Positions 18,737 through 27,623 of a stretch of DNA of 64,000 nucleotides are shown here, in pieces. How positions within the stretch are numbered: the first letter of the stretch is position 1; each line of letters begins with the position of its first letter. This DNA comes from Vulcanimicrobiota bacterium (GTDB lineage: Bacteria; Vulcanimicrobiota; Xenobia; Xenobiales; JADMJV01), in NCBI GenBank assembly GCA_050250895.1, contig JBFWNU010000005.1:64001-128000 (forward strand). Reading direction: 5' to 3'. The position numbers and the translations under genes were made by a program. Under the pieces are notes generated by a model. The model saw nothing but the letters and a program-made list of their open reading frames with translations. It was not told the origin of the DNA and made no database searches.

Positions 18737-19590
18737 TAGCTGTGGGTGACCATCTCCACGAAGATGTCCTCGAGGCTGAGTTCTTCCAATCCCTCGAGGT
18801 TCGCGAACACCGAGGGGTCGAGGGTCCGCAAGACGACCTGCCGTTCTCCTTCGCGGATACGGTCGGTGTAGACGGTGAAGTCCGCGAAGGTCGTCTCGTC
18901 CTCGGCCGGCAGTCTGAGCATGCGAACCTGCGAGCGCAGCTCTGCGAGGCTGCCCTCATAGGCCATCTGGCCGCCCTCGATGATGCCCAGGCGGTGGGCC
19001 ACGCGTTCAACCTCTTCTACCAGGTGCGAAGAGAAGAGCACAGTATGGCCGTCGTCACGGGTTTGCTCGCGGACGATTTCGAGAAATTCTCGCCGGGCCA
19101 CCGGGTCCAGACCGGCCGTCGGTTCGTCCAGCACCAGCAGGGGAGGCTTGTGGGCCAGGGCCAGAGCCAGCGCCTGTTTGGCTTTCATTCCCCCTGAAAA
19201 GGTGCCGATGGGGCGCTCGGCCGGCAACTCCATGGTCTGGACCAGACGAGCGTACTCCTCGTCGTTCCAGGTGGGGTAAAATCCGCGCACGAACCGGCCG
19301 ATAGAATGGGGTGTCATCCAGGGATAGAAATTCTGCTCCTGGGCCACATAACCGATGCGTTGGCGCAACTCGGTGTCTTGACTCGACATGGGCTGACCAA
19401 ACAGCTCGACAGTGCCAGCCCCGATTTCAAGAATACCCACCAGGATGCGCAGGGTGGTGGATTTGCCAGCGCCGTTTCGCCCCAGAAATCCATAGACCTG
19501 ACCGGCCTCGACACTCATGTCCAGACCCTTGAGCACCTGCACGCGTCCGTAGGCCTTGTTGAGTTGCCGAACTGCCACCACCATGGCCAA
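18736..19590 (-). CDS. ABC transporter ATP-binding protein
   Basis: GRNGAGKSTT, FSGGMK, LVLDEPTAGLDP, SSH. Confidence 0.95.
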   Translation of the reverse strand: MAMVVAVRQLNKAYGRVQVLKGLDMSVEAGQVYGFLGRNGAGKSTTLRILVGILEIGAGTVELFGQPMSSQDTELRQRIGYVAQEQNFYPWMTPHSIGRFVRGFYPTWNDEEYARLVQTMELPAERPIGTFSGGMKAKQALALALAHKPPLLVLDEPTAGLDPVARREFLEIVREQTRDDGHTVLFSSHLVEEVERVAHRLGIIEGGQMAYEGSLAELRSQVRMLRLPAEDETTFADFTVYTDRIREGERQVVLRTLDPSVFANLEGLEELSLEDIFVEMVTHS

Positions 19591-19699
19591 CGTCTTTCGC
19601 GGCCATGGCCGATCGAACCTACGGGGATGGGGGGGAGGCTATCCCCGGGGGGGACGCCGTGGTCGGGCTCGGCCCCTAGAATAGAATCAGGAGGCGAAC

Positions 19700-20011
19700 A
19701 TGAAAAAGTTGATTTTGTTGATGGTATTGCTCCTGGCCGGCTCGGCCTGGGCGATTGACGTGGAGTTTCCTTATCCCGATGAAGGCATGGTCTTCTTCGA
19801 GGCGCAGGCGGCTGCCATAGACACTCCGGTCAGCTATCCGCCCAACGCCGTCTTCTGGCAAAACGACCGCGGTAAGGCCCAGCAGGCCGTGAACAGGGCC
19901 TTTCCCCCCAACGCGACCAAGGTTCAGAAGGTGACCTTGACCCACAGTCGGGGGCCGGTGACCTACGAGCAGGTTTTGCGTCAACTCGAGCCGGAACTGG
20001 TGGAACGCTAA
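19700..20011 (+). CDS. Small secreted hypothetical protein
   Basis: AGGAGG SD; signal peptide MKKLILLMVLLLAGSAWA. Confidence 0.7.
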   Translation: MKKLILLMVLLLAGSAWAIDVEFPYPDEGMVFFEAQAAAIDTPVSYPPNAVFWQNDRGKAQQAVNRAFPPNATKVQKVTLTHSRGPVTYEQVLRQLEPELVER

Positions 20012-20109
20012 TCCAAGCCTGTTACCACCGATTGGCTTACTTGGCCTCGGCATGGACCTGGCCGACTGAATCCCCGGCCGGCGAATCCGATGGGACCCCG
20101 CGAGATACC

Positions 20110-20215
20110 CGAGCCACCAGTATAGCTTCTTCGCTGACTTCGATCTCGGTGGTGACGCTGCGACGGTCGAGGCCGTCATACTCGAACTCGCTTCGGTGGG
20201 CGCCCATCACGATGG
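20110..20215 (-). pseudogene. Frameshifted RHS core relic (copy of 21819-21935)
   Basis: Near-identical DNA encoding IVMG.HRSEFEYDGLDRRSV.TEIE and KKLYWWLG in two frames; 11 nt shorter than the intact copy. Confidence 0.85.
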
Positions 20216-20467
20216 GGAACCCCGGTGAGTCTTCCGGGCCCGAGGTGAGCTGTCGGCCCGGGAGCGCTCGTTCGTGCGCAGTTATCTCAGTTCGATGTGG
20301 TCTGAGAACTGCGCCCGCGCGCGTTTCCGTCACGCCTACCCCCTGCTCCTTGCAGTCTTTGCTCACGTCCCGCGTCGCTGGTGAGCGCCCTTGGGCAAAG
20401 GGCGCGACAGCGCCCCGGTGACGTTTCAGCGAGGCCGTGAGAATAGGAACCAATCGAGGAATGAGCG

Positions 20468-21145
20468 CTATCCCTCATCAATGAGTTCCCGAATCATCGA
20501 GTACAGTTCGTCTTCGTTCCAGCCAGAATAGCCCTTGATGTCTACTAGAGCTGGGTTGGCCAACCTTTGAGCGTGTAACTCTTGGAGTCTTTCAACCCTA
20601 CTCAGTCCCTCTGGAAGCTCTTCCTGTCTCTTGCGAACGCTGTCCACAAAGCGATCCATGGTAGCCTTCGAGAGCTTGCTGATCATTAGACTCTCCACGG
20701 CCTCAATAGCTAGACCGGCGTTCTCGATCTCCGCTTTATGGCGCAATAAGACGACCTCGAGGGAATCCAACCAATCTGGGGATGCCAAGACTCTGTCAAC
20801 GTTCCTTAGAAAGTCCGACCGGTCCTCGAACTCTCTCTTCGATGTTTCAGTTCTTAGCCTTCTGCTTGCAGAGAGAACGCTTCTCGCTAGAAGTTTGAGA
20901 GATTCAGGAAAAGCCTCATTTGTGGCTAGTAACTCCGTCCACACAGCGACCTGATCGAATCTCGTGTCGTAATCGCCGGAAGACCAGTATGGGTCAGACG
21001 GTTCGTCTCTAACGATCGCCTCGTAAAGAGTCGATGTGATTACGAGTTCCTCCAATTCTGTCCCGCTCCCGGATTCCGCCATAGCCTGAACGGCTCGGAC
21101 TAACTGCCAGCCAAAAGACTCGTATTGATTCTTGAGGGACCTCAT
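20468..21145 (-). CDS. Putative immunity protein for the RHS C-terminal domain
   Basis: 4-nt overlap with the RHS stop, GAGGAGG SD, visibly lower GC than the flanks; no recognisable domain. Confidence 0.6.
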   Translation of the reverse strand: MRSLKNQYESFGWQLVRAVQAMAESGSGTELEELVITSTLYEAIVRDEPSDPYWSSGDYDTRFDQVAVWTELLATNEAFPESLKLLARSVLSASRRLRTETSKREFEDRSDFLRNVDRVLASPDWLDSLEVVLLRHKAEIENAGLAIEAVESLMISKLSKATMDRFVDSVRKRQEELPEGLSRVERLQELHAQRLANPALVDIKGYSGWNEDELYSMIRELIDEG

Positions 21146-24100
21146 GGGTTATTCCTCCTCGGTATCTTGATCCCGAGTCGACAGAGAGTATACAAGAAGT
21201 CGCAGGCCGCAAGTTTTGTGTCAGTATTTTCAGAAAGCATCCAAGCGCCCTCAGAGACTGCCGCTATCTCGGCGGCCAACTCGAGATTGTTTTTCAGTAT
21301 GGCTTCCGCGATCGTTGTAGTTCCCCAATGAAGTAGGGAGTCCCAAACAGCCTGTTCCTTTCGTACCTTTCTCAAGCACCTTTGATATTGCATAGAACAG
21401 TCATCTTGGCATTCCAACCCCGCTGGATCCACCCAGTTTATCGGGTTCCCACCCACATAGGCATACAGGTTCAACCCACCCTCGTAGCCTATCGGGTCCC
21501 GCGAAATGAACCTGCCCAAGGTGGCGTCGTAAACTCGGTAGGTGGCCAGGTCCAGACCCGTCAGTTCGTGGTGGAAGAGGCCGGCGTAGCCGAAATCGCT
21601 GTCGGCATCTCCGGCTACCTTGGTCCGCTCGCCGTAGATGGTGTAGCGGTAGTCGGCTACGGTGTTGCCGTTCTCGTCGAGCAGCGAGCGGACCGAGCCG
21701 AGGTGGTCGGTGGTGTAGAAAAGCTTGGCGCCGTTGTCGATGACGCCCTGGCCGAAGTAGCGCTTCGTGATCGGGAAGTCTTGCACCAGACCATCGCGCT
21801 CGCACACGATGGCCCCACCGAGCCACCAGTATAGCTTCTTGGACACAATCACGCCGTCTTCGATCTCGGTGATGACACTGCGACGGTCAAGGCCGTCATA
21901 CTCGAACTCGCTTCGGTGGGTGCCCATCACGATGGCCGTGACCCGGCCCTGACCGTCCCACTCGAACAGTTTGCCGTCGAGCTCGGTGGTCTGCCCTTTG
22001 GCGTCATAGACCTTGGTTCCGGGGGAGACCACCTGGTTGTTGGAGTTATAGCCGAAGTCGGTGGTGACGCCGGCCACCGTCATGCTGGTGATGTTGCCGG
22101 CATCGTCGAAGTCGTAGCTGGCATAGGGCGTCTGGTTGAGGTTGACGCCCACCAACCGGCTGAGGTTGTCGTAGCTATAATTGTAAGTTTCCGTGGTTAC
22201 CGTGCCGGTTCCTCCGCCGCCGGTGTCATCATCGTCCCAGCCGCTGTCCCATTCCCAGAGACAGCTGAGGAACTCGTAGATCGCTCGGGAAGCCCGCCTC
22301 CGTTCCCGGCGAAGTTCGCACTCGAGGTCCGATTCGTCTTCGTCGTGGTCGCAGTCGTCGTGACCGTGGCCATGGTTGTTGTTGGCGTTGTTTCCGTGAC
22401 CGTGGTTCCCGTTGTGGCTGTTCCCGTGGTGACCGTTGTTGCCCTGGTGGTTGTTAGCCTGGTGACCATTGTTGCCGTGATGGCCGTTATTACCATTGTG
22501 GCCACTATTTCCGTGGTGGCCACTGGCACCATGGTGACCGTTGTGACCGTTATTCCCGTGGTGACCATCCCCATGGTGACCGTTGCTGCCATGATGGCCA
22601 TTGCCGTGGTGACCGTGTCCGTGGCCGTGGCCATCACACTGGTCGTCGTCATCGTCATCGTCATCGTCGTCGTCATCCCCGCCCCCGCCTCCGGGGTCGG
22701 CGGCGCCGCCCAGGCTCTGGACCATCTGGGTGATCCGGCCGATGGGATCGTAGGTGTAGTCGAACTGGCTCAACACGGCGCCGTTGCGCAGGTTCATGAT
22801 TTGCAGCAGGCGCCGGTCGCCCTGGTTGGTGTCGTAGCTATAAGCCATATTGGGCCCGACCGTCGAGGTCACGCCGGTGACCTGGCCGGTGGTGCCGAGA
22901 TAGGTCATCTGGAACGTGTCCAGAGCATTGGTGGTGGAAGTCGGCCGCCAGAGCTGGTCATAGATCACGCTCTCGGGGCTGCCGTTGATGATGCTGCCGC
23001 TCGGCCGCCCGGCCACGTCATAGGAGAACGCGGCCAGGTCGCCATAGGGGCCGCTGATCGAGGCGACCTGGTTGGCCCCCAGGCTACCCACCGGCACATA
23101 GTTGAGAGTGGTGGTTCCCTGGCCGTCGGTCATGCTCAACGGGCGCGACAGGAAAGAGTCCTGAGTGAAGGTTACCGCTGGCGTGCCGTCGCTGTAGGTC
23201 ACGCTCTTGAGCATGTTGTCCAGGAAGTAGTCGTAGGTTTTGGTGTGCCCCAGCGCGTCGGTGACGGTGCTCAGCCGACCGCAGCAGGGCTGGTAGCTCA
23301 CCGTCTGGGTGGCGCCATCGGGATAAGTCTTGCTCAGCAGGCGCTGTTGGATATCGTATTGGAAGGTGGTGGCGTTGCCGTTGGGGTCGGTCAGCCCGGA
23401 AGGGGCGTTCTCGAGACCGTAGGCCAGCGAGGTGATGCCGCCGTTGGGATCGATGACCGAGGTGACGCGCTGCAAGGCGTCGTGATGGATCTGGGTGATG
23501 CGGCCGATGCGGTCCTGCGTCCGGAACAGATCCAGGCGGTCATAGGTCAGGCTGTCGGTGGTGCCGTCAGGATACTGGACGCTGACGGGACGATCGAAGT
23601 CGTCATACTGGACCTCGACGGTATAGCCTTCGGAATCGGTGGCCGAGGCCACTCGCTCGGCCGAGTCGTAAGCAAATGTGGTCTGCTTGCCCAGTGGTTG
23701 GGTGATCGAAGCCAGGTTGCCCGAACTGGTGTAGGTGTAGTTCGTGGTCTCGCCCAGCGGGTTGGTGGCGGAGAGCATCAGGCCGCGGGCGTCATAAGAG
23801 AACGAACTGCTCTGCCCGGCAGCGTCGGTGAGGTTGGTGATGTTGTGGTTGGCATCGTAGGATGCGGTGAAGAGCGTCTGCCCACCCACCGAGGCACTGG
23901 TGAGATCGATGCCGTTGGCGTCATAGGTGTAATCGTAGACGCGGCCCTGAGGGTCGATCATCTGGGTGACATTGCCCCGGGTGTTGTATTGGTAGCGCGT
24001 GACCTGGGAACTGCCGTCCCCCAGGACCTGGCCCACATGGGTGACGTTGGAGTCACCGGCGAAGATCGTGTTGTACATCGGGTGGCCGTTGGGCGGGTAG

Positions 24101-26265
24101 AGATACCAGACCCTGTTCTGCAGAGGTTTCTTGAAGCTCTCCAGGACGCGCGCCCTGGCCTCGCCGCCTGGCGTCTCGATATGCATGAAGTGATAGATGG
24201 TGGCCTTGGTGTAGTCGAGAGTGGCGTCGAGCTGCTGCGGCTCCCAGAAGAACGTATTGCGGTAGGCCAGATTGGTGTTGCGAACCGGCATGCCTTGAGG
24301 GGTCTGGCTCTCTGAGTTGTAGGGCTCGCGGCCTTCGTTGGACTCGTAGCGGTAGCGACGACCGGCGGGGTCGGTGATCTCGAGGACCCGGTCATACGGC
24401 ACCGGGATGAGATGGCGATTGTGGTTGATATCGGCGTAGAGGAAGGTGGTCGTGCCGTAAGGCGTGGTCATGGAGTTGATGAAGTCGTTCTCTTCATACT
24501 GAAAACTCGAAGTCAGGCCGATCACGTCGGTGATCGATTCGAGGTGGCCATCGGCGCTATAAGTAAAGGTCGCTGATCGCCCGAACGGGTCGGTGACCCG
24601 CGTGATTTTGAGCGGGTCTTCGGCCAGCTCATAGGCGATGGTCATCGGACGGTCGACGGCGTCGCGAATCTCGCTCAGGCGCCCCTGGTCGTCGTAGGTC
24701 AAGCGGGTGGCGTTGCCTTGAGCCGTGATGCGAGCCGTCAGGTGATAGCGCTCGCCGATCTGATGAAAATACTCGTCGCGGGAACCATCGGGATACTCCA
24801 GGCTAAAGCCGCTGCCGGTGTAGCTGAGGAAGGCGTCCGTATAGGCACCTTTGTCCGAGATGGTTGCTCCGTTGGTGAAGGTGTAGCCGTCGGTCCCGCC
24901 GCCGGTCTTGTAGATCAGCGCCTTATTGTCGGTGGCGCGGGTGTCGGTCACAAAGCTGGTCCAGTTGCTGGTCCATTTGGGCCCCAGGTTGGAGTAATCG
25001 AAGATGGCCGGCTGACTGGCTTCGCGGTGGCCGTAGGTCACTCGGAAGGGCACCGCAAAAGCGCCCGGGCTCAGACCCACCGGCGTGTCGGATAGACGCA
25101 GTCCAATCAGCATCGTGTGGGCACTCCATTGGGCCATACCCGACATTGCGGTGGTGAGCCCCGGCCCTCCACCCGACGCGGGGGCCGGACAGGTCGGAAA
25201 GGCGTCCTCGTCGCCCGAGGCTTCATTCTCTCTACGGTCTCGAGTCACCCCGCGACCCCACACCGTCTTCGCCTCACTCGCCGGCACCTTACGCCAGCCC
25301 TTCGGCAGAGACCCGGCCGGGACCAGGAAGTATCCACTCGCCTCTTCTTCCAGGACCTGAGGCTCCATCTTGATTTGCGAGCGCCCCAGGCCAGCCGTCT
25401 CGTCGCCCACCGGATAGATTCCGTTCTGGGGCTCGAGCAGAGCGGCGAAGTGTCCTACTTTCCAGTGTACGACGGCCGGAGTGAGGATAGCGCTTCCCGG
25501 CTGGCGAAAGGCCATCTGATAGTCCATGCCCAGCCGCTCCGAGAGGCCGTGAACCTGGGCCAGCGAGGTGCCGCGAGTGGTCGAAGGAAGGCTTTTGATA
25601 ATCCTGGCCGTCTCGACATCCCAGGCGTTAGTACATTGGCGGATGCGGCGCAGGGCGGCCGGTCCACACAAGAAGGCGACCTCAGGTCTTTGCTTCATGG
25701 TCGTCAGCGCTTCGTGAGCATCCACGACCCACTCGGTGGCGGCGCCTTGCAGCGAGCGGCCTTTGGCCTGCTCGAGCAGCGGCTCCAATTCTTCCACCCT
25801 ACCGATATGGGAGAGCGTCATCGCGTATTCACCCAGAGCCCTATCGGCCAGGGGCTTGATGCGCGGGTCTTGGACGGGCTCGAGTTCTTTCCAGGCCTGG
25901 CTCAGGCAAGCCAGGGCGCGGGTGAACCTTCCTGAGTCGCGATAGTAGGTGCCCAGATTGAGCCGCACCGACGGAGCCCACGGGTCTTGGGGATGTTCTC
26001 TGAGGAAAGCCTCGAGGAGATCGACCTTTTGGGACTTCGTACGAGCGTCGGAGCGATACTGCTCGAGCACCTGAGCCAGGCCTCGGTCGTCGGCACCTGG
26101 CTTGATGGGCACGAAAGGCTCGGGGAAATCCCCTCGGAGCATGGCCAGTCGGACTTGCGGCGGACTGGCGGGAGGACTGTTCGTGGCAGTGGGGGGACCC
26201 AGACTCGAGCACCCTCTGAAAATCACGAGCAGAGCAAGGAAAACCTGAAGCCTACCCACCGTCAT
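21142..26265 (-). CDS. RHS/YD-repeat protein with signal peptide, TPR-like and C39-like peptidase N-terminus, His-rich insert and short Cys-rich C-terminal domain
   Basis: YD repeats, DHLGS, GRFISRDPIG...NLYAYVGGNPINWVDPAGL; CGPAAL...VHWKVGHF. Confidence 0.9.
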   Translation of the reverse strand: MTVGRLQVFLALLVIFRGCSSLGPPTATNSPPASPPQVRLAMLRGDFPEPFVPIKPGADDRGLAQVLEQYRSDARTKSQKVDLLEAFLREHPQDPWAPSVRLNLGTYYRDSGRFTRALACLSQAWKELEPVQDPRIKPLADRALGEYAMTLSHIGRVEELEPLLEQAKGRSLQGAATEWVVDAHEALTTMKQRPEVAFLCGPAALRRIRQCTNAWDVETARIIKSLPSTTRGTSLAQVHGLSERLGMDYQMAFRQPGSAILTPAVVHWKVGHFAALLEPQNGIYPVGDETAGLGRSQIKMEPQVLEEEASGYFLVPAGSLPKGWRKVPASEAKTVWGRGVTRDRRENEASGDEDAFPTCPAPASGGGPGLTTAMSGMAQWSAHTMLIGLRLSDTPVGLSPGAFAVPFRVTYGHREASQPAIFDYSNLGPKWTSNWTSFVTDTRATDNKALIYKTGGGTDGYTFTNGATISDKGAYTDAFLSYTGSGFSLEYPDGSRDEYFHQIGERYHLTARITAQGNATRLTYDDQGRLSEIRDAVDRPMTIAYELAEDPLKITRVTDPFGRSATFTYSADGHLESITDVIGLTSSFQYEENDFINSMTTPYGTTTFLYADINHNRHLIPVPYDRVLEITDPAGRRYRYESNEGREPYNSESQTPQGMPVRNTNLAYRNTFFWEPQQLDATLDYTKATIYHFMHIETPGGEARARVLESFKKPLQNRVWYLYPPNGHPMYNTIFAGDSNVTHVGQVLGDGSSQVTRYQYNTRGNVTQMIDPQGRVYDYTYDANGIDLTSASVGGQTLFTASYDANHNITNLTDAAGQSSSFSYDARGLMLSATNPLGETTNYTYTSSGNLASITQPLGKQTTFAYDSAERVASATDSEGYTVEVQYDDFDRPVSVQYPDGTTDSLTYDRLDLFRTQDRIGRITQIHHDALQRVTSVIDPNGGITSLAYGLENAPSGLTDPNGNATTFQYDIQQRLLSKTYPDGATQTVSYQPCCGRLSTVTDALGHTKTYDYFLDNMLKSVTYSDGTPAVTFTQDSFLSRPLSMTDGQGTTTLNYVPVGSLGANQVASISGPYGDLAAFSYDVAGRPSGSIINGSPESVIYDQLWRPTSTTNALDTFQMTYLGTTGQVTGVTSTVGPNMAYSYDTNQGDRRLLQIMNLRNGAVLSQFDYTYDPIGRITQMVQSLGGAADPGGGGGDDDDDDDDDDDDQCDGHGHGHGHHGNGHHGSNGHHGDGHHGNNGHNGHHGASGHHGNSGHNGNNGHHGNNGHQANNHQGNNGHHGNSHNGNHGHGNNANNNHGHGHDDCDHDEDESDLECELRRERRRASRAIYEFLSCLWEWDSGWDDDDTGGGGTGTVTTETYNYSYDNLSRLVGVNLNQTPYASYDFDDAGNITSMTVAGVTTDFGYNSNNQVVSPGTKVYDAKGQTTELDGKLFEWDGQGRVTAIVMGTHRSEFEYDGLDRRSVITEIEDGVIVSKKLYWWLGGAIVCERDGLVQDFPITKRYFGQGVIDNGAKLFYTTDHLGSVRSLLDENGNTVADYRYTIYGERTKVAGDADSDFGYAGLFHHELTGLDLATYRVYDATLGRFISRDPIGYEGGLNLYAYVGGNPINWVDPAGLECQDDCSMQYQRCLRKVRKEQAVWDSLLHWGTTTIAEAILKNNLELAAEIAAVSEGAWMLSENTDTKLAACDFLYTLCRLGIKIPRRNNP
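22355..22680 (-). repeat. Low-complexity His/Gly/Asn repeats plus poly-Asp inside the RHS gene
   Basis: DDDDDDDDDDD...GHGHGHGHHGNGHHGSNGHHGDGHHGNNGHNGHHG... Confidence 0.95.
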
Positions 26266-26356
26266 ACGCAGACACCTCCCCGACCAGATGGGCAGCTAAG
26301 CGAAGCAACCCTCTCCAGAGGGTACAGCTTGCCGACTGCTATTTTCAGTAGTCATA

Positions 26357-26384
26357 AGAGTATCCCTTTTTTATGCAAAGTCAA
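26357..26384 (-). promoter_or_regulatory. Possible sigma70 promoter for the RHS gene
   Basis: TTGACT-N16-TACTCT in an AT-rich patch about 90 bp upstream of the ATG. Confidence 0.35.
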
Positions 26385-26631
26385 GTTTTAACAGGTGTGC
26401 TGCGTTAGCTACTCTTGCCGTCTTCTGGACTCGAAGAGATGTCTCAATTTGCCAAAAGAATGGATGCCTTACAATTTTTGGTCTCTGGACAGTGCGTGCT
26501 GTCGTGCTGTGCTACCGAATGCACTTGAGGCTCAAAAGCCAGGGAAGGCGCACGGCTTAGCCTGGAATGTCGGGCGGAATGGGCACATAGGTGAGTCAAC
26601 CACCCGCCTCCCGGGCCGCAACACGATACCT

Positions 26632-27056
26632 CCGCGCCCCCCGCGGAGCCCCGCGGTTTCCATTTCAAGCGTCCACCCTCGAGACGCGCCACCCCCTCGG
26701 CGGTTTCAACGTCGGCGCTCGCTCGATGTGAAAACCGCGGAGGACGCAGAGTTCGCGAAGGTGTGGCGAGGCTTCAGGGGCGGTGTCTCTGGAGGTCAGT
26801 GGCCCGTCTTGGAAGGGTTAAGAGATTGGGGTGGAGGAGCCAGAGGCGACCAGGTGAGCGCTCGTTCGATGGGGGGCTGACCTCCCAGGTTCGGGCGGCC
26901 AATCCCAAAAAAAATGCGGTCGAGAGCCAACCCTTCCAGATGCACGGCCCTCCCCGCGCCCCCGCGCCCCCCGCGGAGCCCCGCGGTTTCCCATTTCGAG
27001 CGGCCACCCTTCGAGTCACACCACCCCCTCGGCGTCTTGGCGACTCGGCGGTTTCC
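26632..27056. repeat. Imperfect ~70-bp direct repeat (26632-26702 and 26962-27034) with REP-like GC-rich units
   Basis: CCGCGCCCCCCGCGGAGCCCCGCGGTTTCC(C)ATTTC..GCG.CCACCCT(T)CGAG...CCACCCCCTCGGCG occurs twice. Confidence 0.85.
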
Positions 27057-27128
27057 CAAAGGCGCGGACATTTAGATGGTCGAGTCGGCCAAGGAGGCAA
27101 CCGCCGCTCCGGTCGGGAATTCCTTGGT

Positions 27129-27623
27129 ATGTTTGGAAAACCGCCGAAGCAACCCCAGCAACTCAGCATCGAGATCCCGACTGCCAAAAGCAAGCCCAAG
27201 GGGCAGGCCGAGCTACGGGCTCGCCGTTTCGTGCTGGAAGACGACGACGGGTCGGTGCGGGCCCAGTTGCAGAGTGCCGGCAACGGAGCCGTGGCCCTCA
27301 CCTTTCACGACACGGGGGGTAAGTTGGGAGTGATTGTCGGGCTAGACCCCAAGCAGGCCCCGACGCTCGCTCTTTTGCACGAGGGCAAAAAGAAGGTGGC
27401 GGTCGAGCTGGATCGAGCGAGCGGCCAGCCCAGCCTGACCCTCGAGGGCCCAGCTGACTCGAAGGTGGTGGTGGGCTTTGGCGAGCAACACCAGGCTGGG
27501 GTGACCATCCACGATCAGGCCGGTCGGCTGCGACTGCGCATCTCGGTGGCGCCGGACGGCAGCACCGAGGTCGCCCTCTATGACAACAAAGGCTACGTGC
27601 GCGAGTCGCTCAAGCGCGCCTAG
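27129..27623 (+). CDS. Hypothetical protein with LxDxxGxxR beta repeats
   Basis: RFVLEDDDGSVRAQL, LTFHDTGGK, TIHDQAGRLR, ALYDNKG; the upstream ORF extension runs through repeat DNA. Confidence 0.6.
   Translation: MFGKPPKQPQQLSIEIPTAKSKPKGQAELRARRFVLEDDDGSVRAQLQSAGNGAVALTFHDTGGKLGVIVGLDPKQAPTLALLHEGKKKVAVELDRASGQPSLTLEGPADSKVVVGFGEQHQAGVTIHDQAGRLRLRISVAPDGSTEVALYDNKGYVRESLKRA

Noticed and set aside
21916-24315. 799-aa plus-strand ORF
   Set aside because: Antisense shadow of the RHS gene; its V/I-rich sequence mirrors the His/Asn/Asp codons.
20262-26868. 13-bp GAGCGCTCGTTCG on both sides of the RHS locus as possible att sites
   Set aside because: Short and GC-rich, and no integrase is present; chance cannot be excluded.
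26395-27128. ORFs at 26395-26880 and the upstream extension of the 27129 gene
   Set aside because: They run through repeat DNA, are Pro/Arg-rich and have no protein-like motifs.
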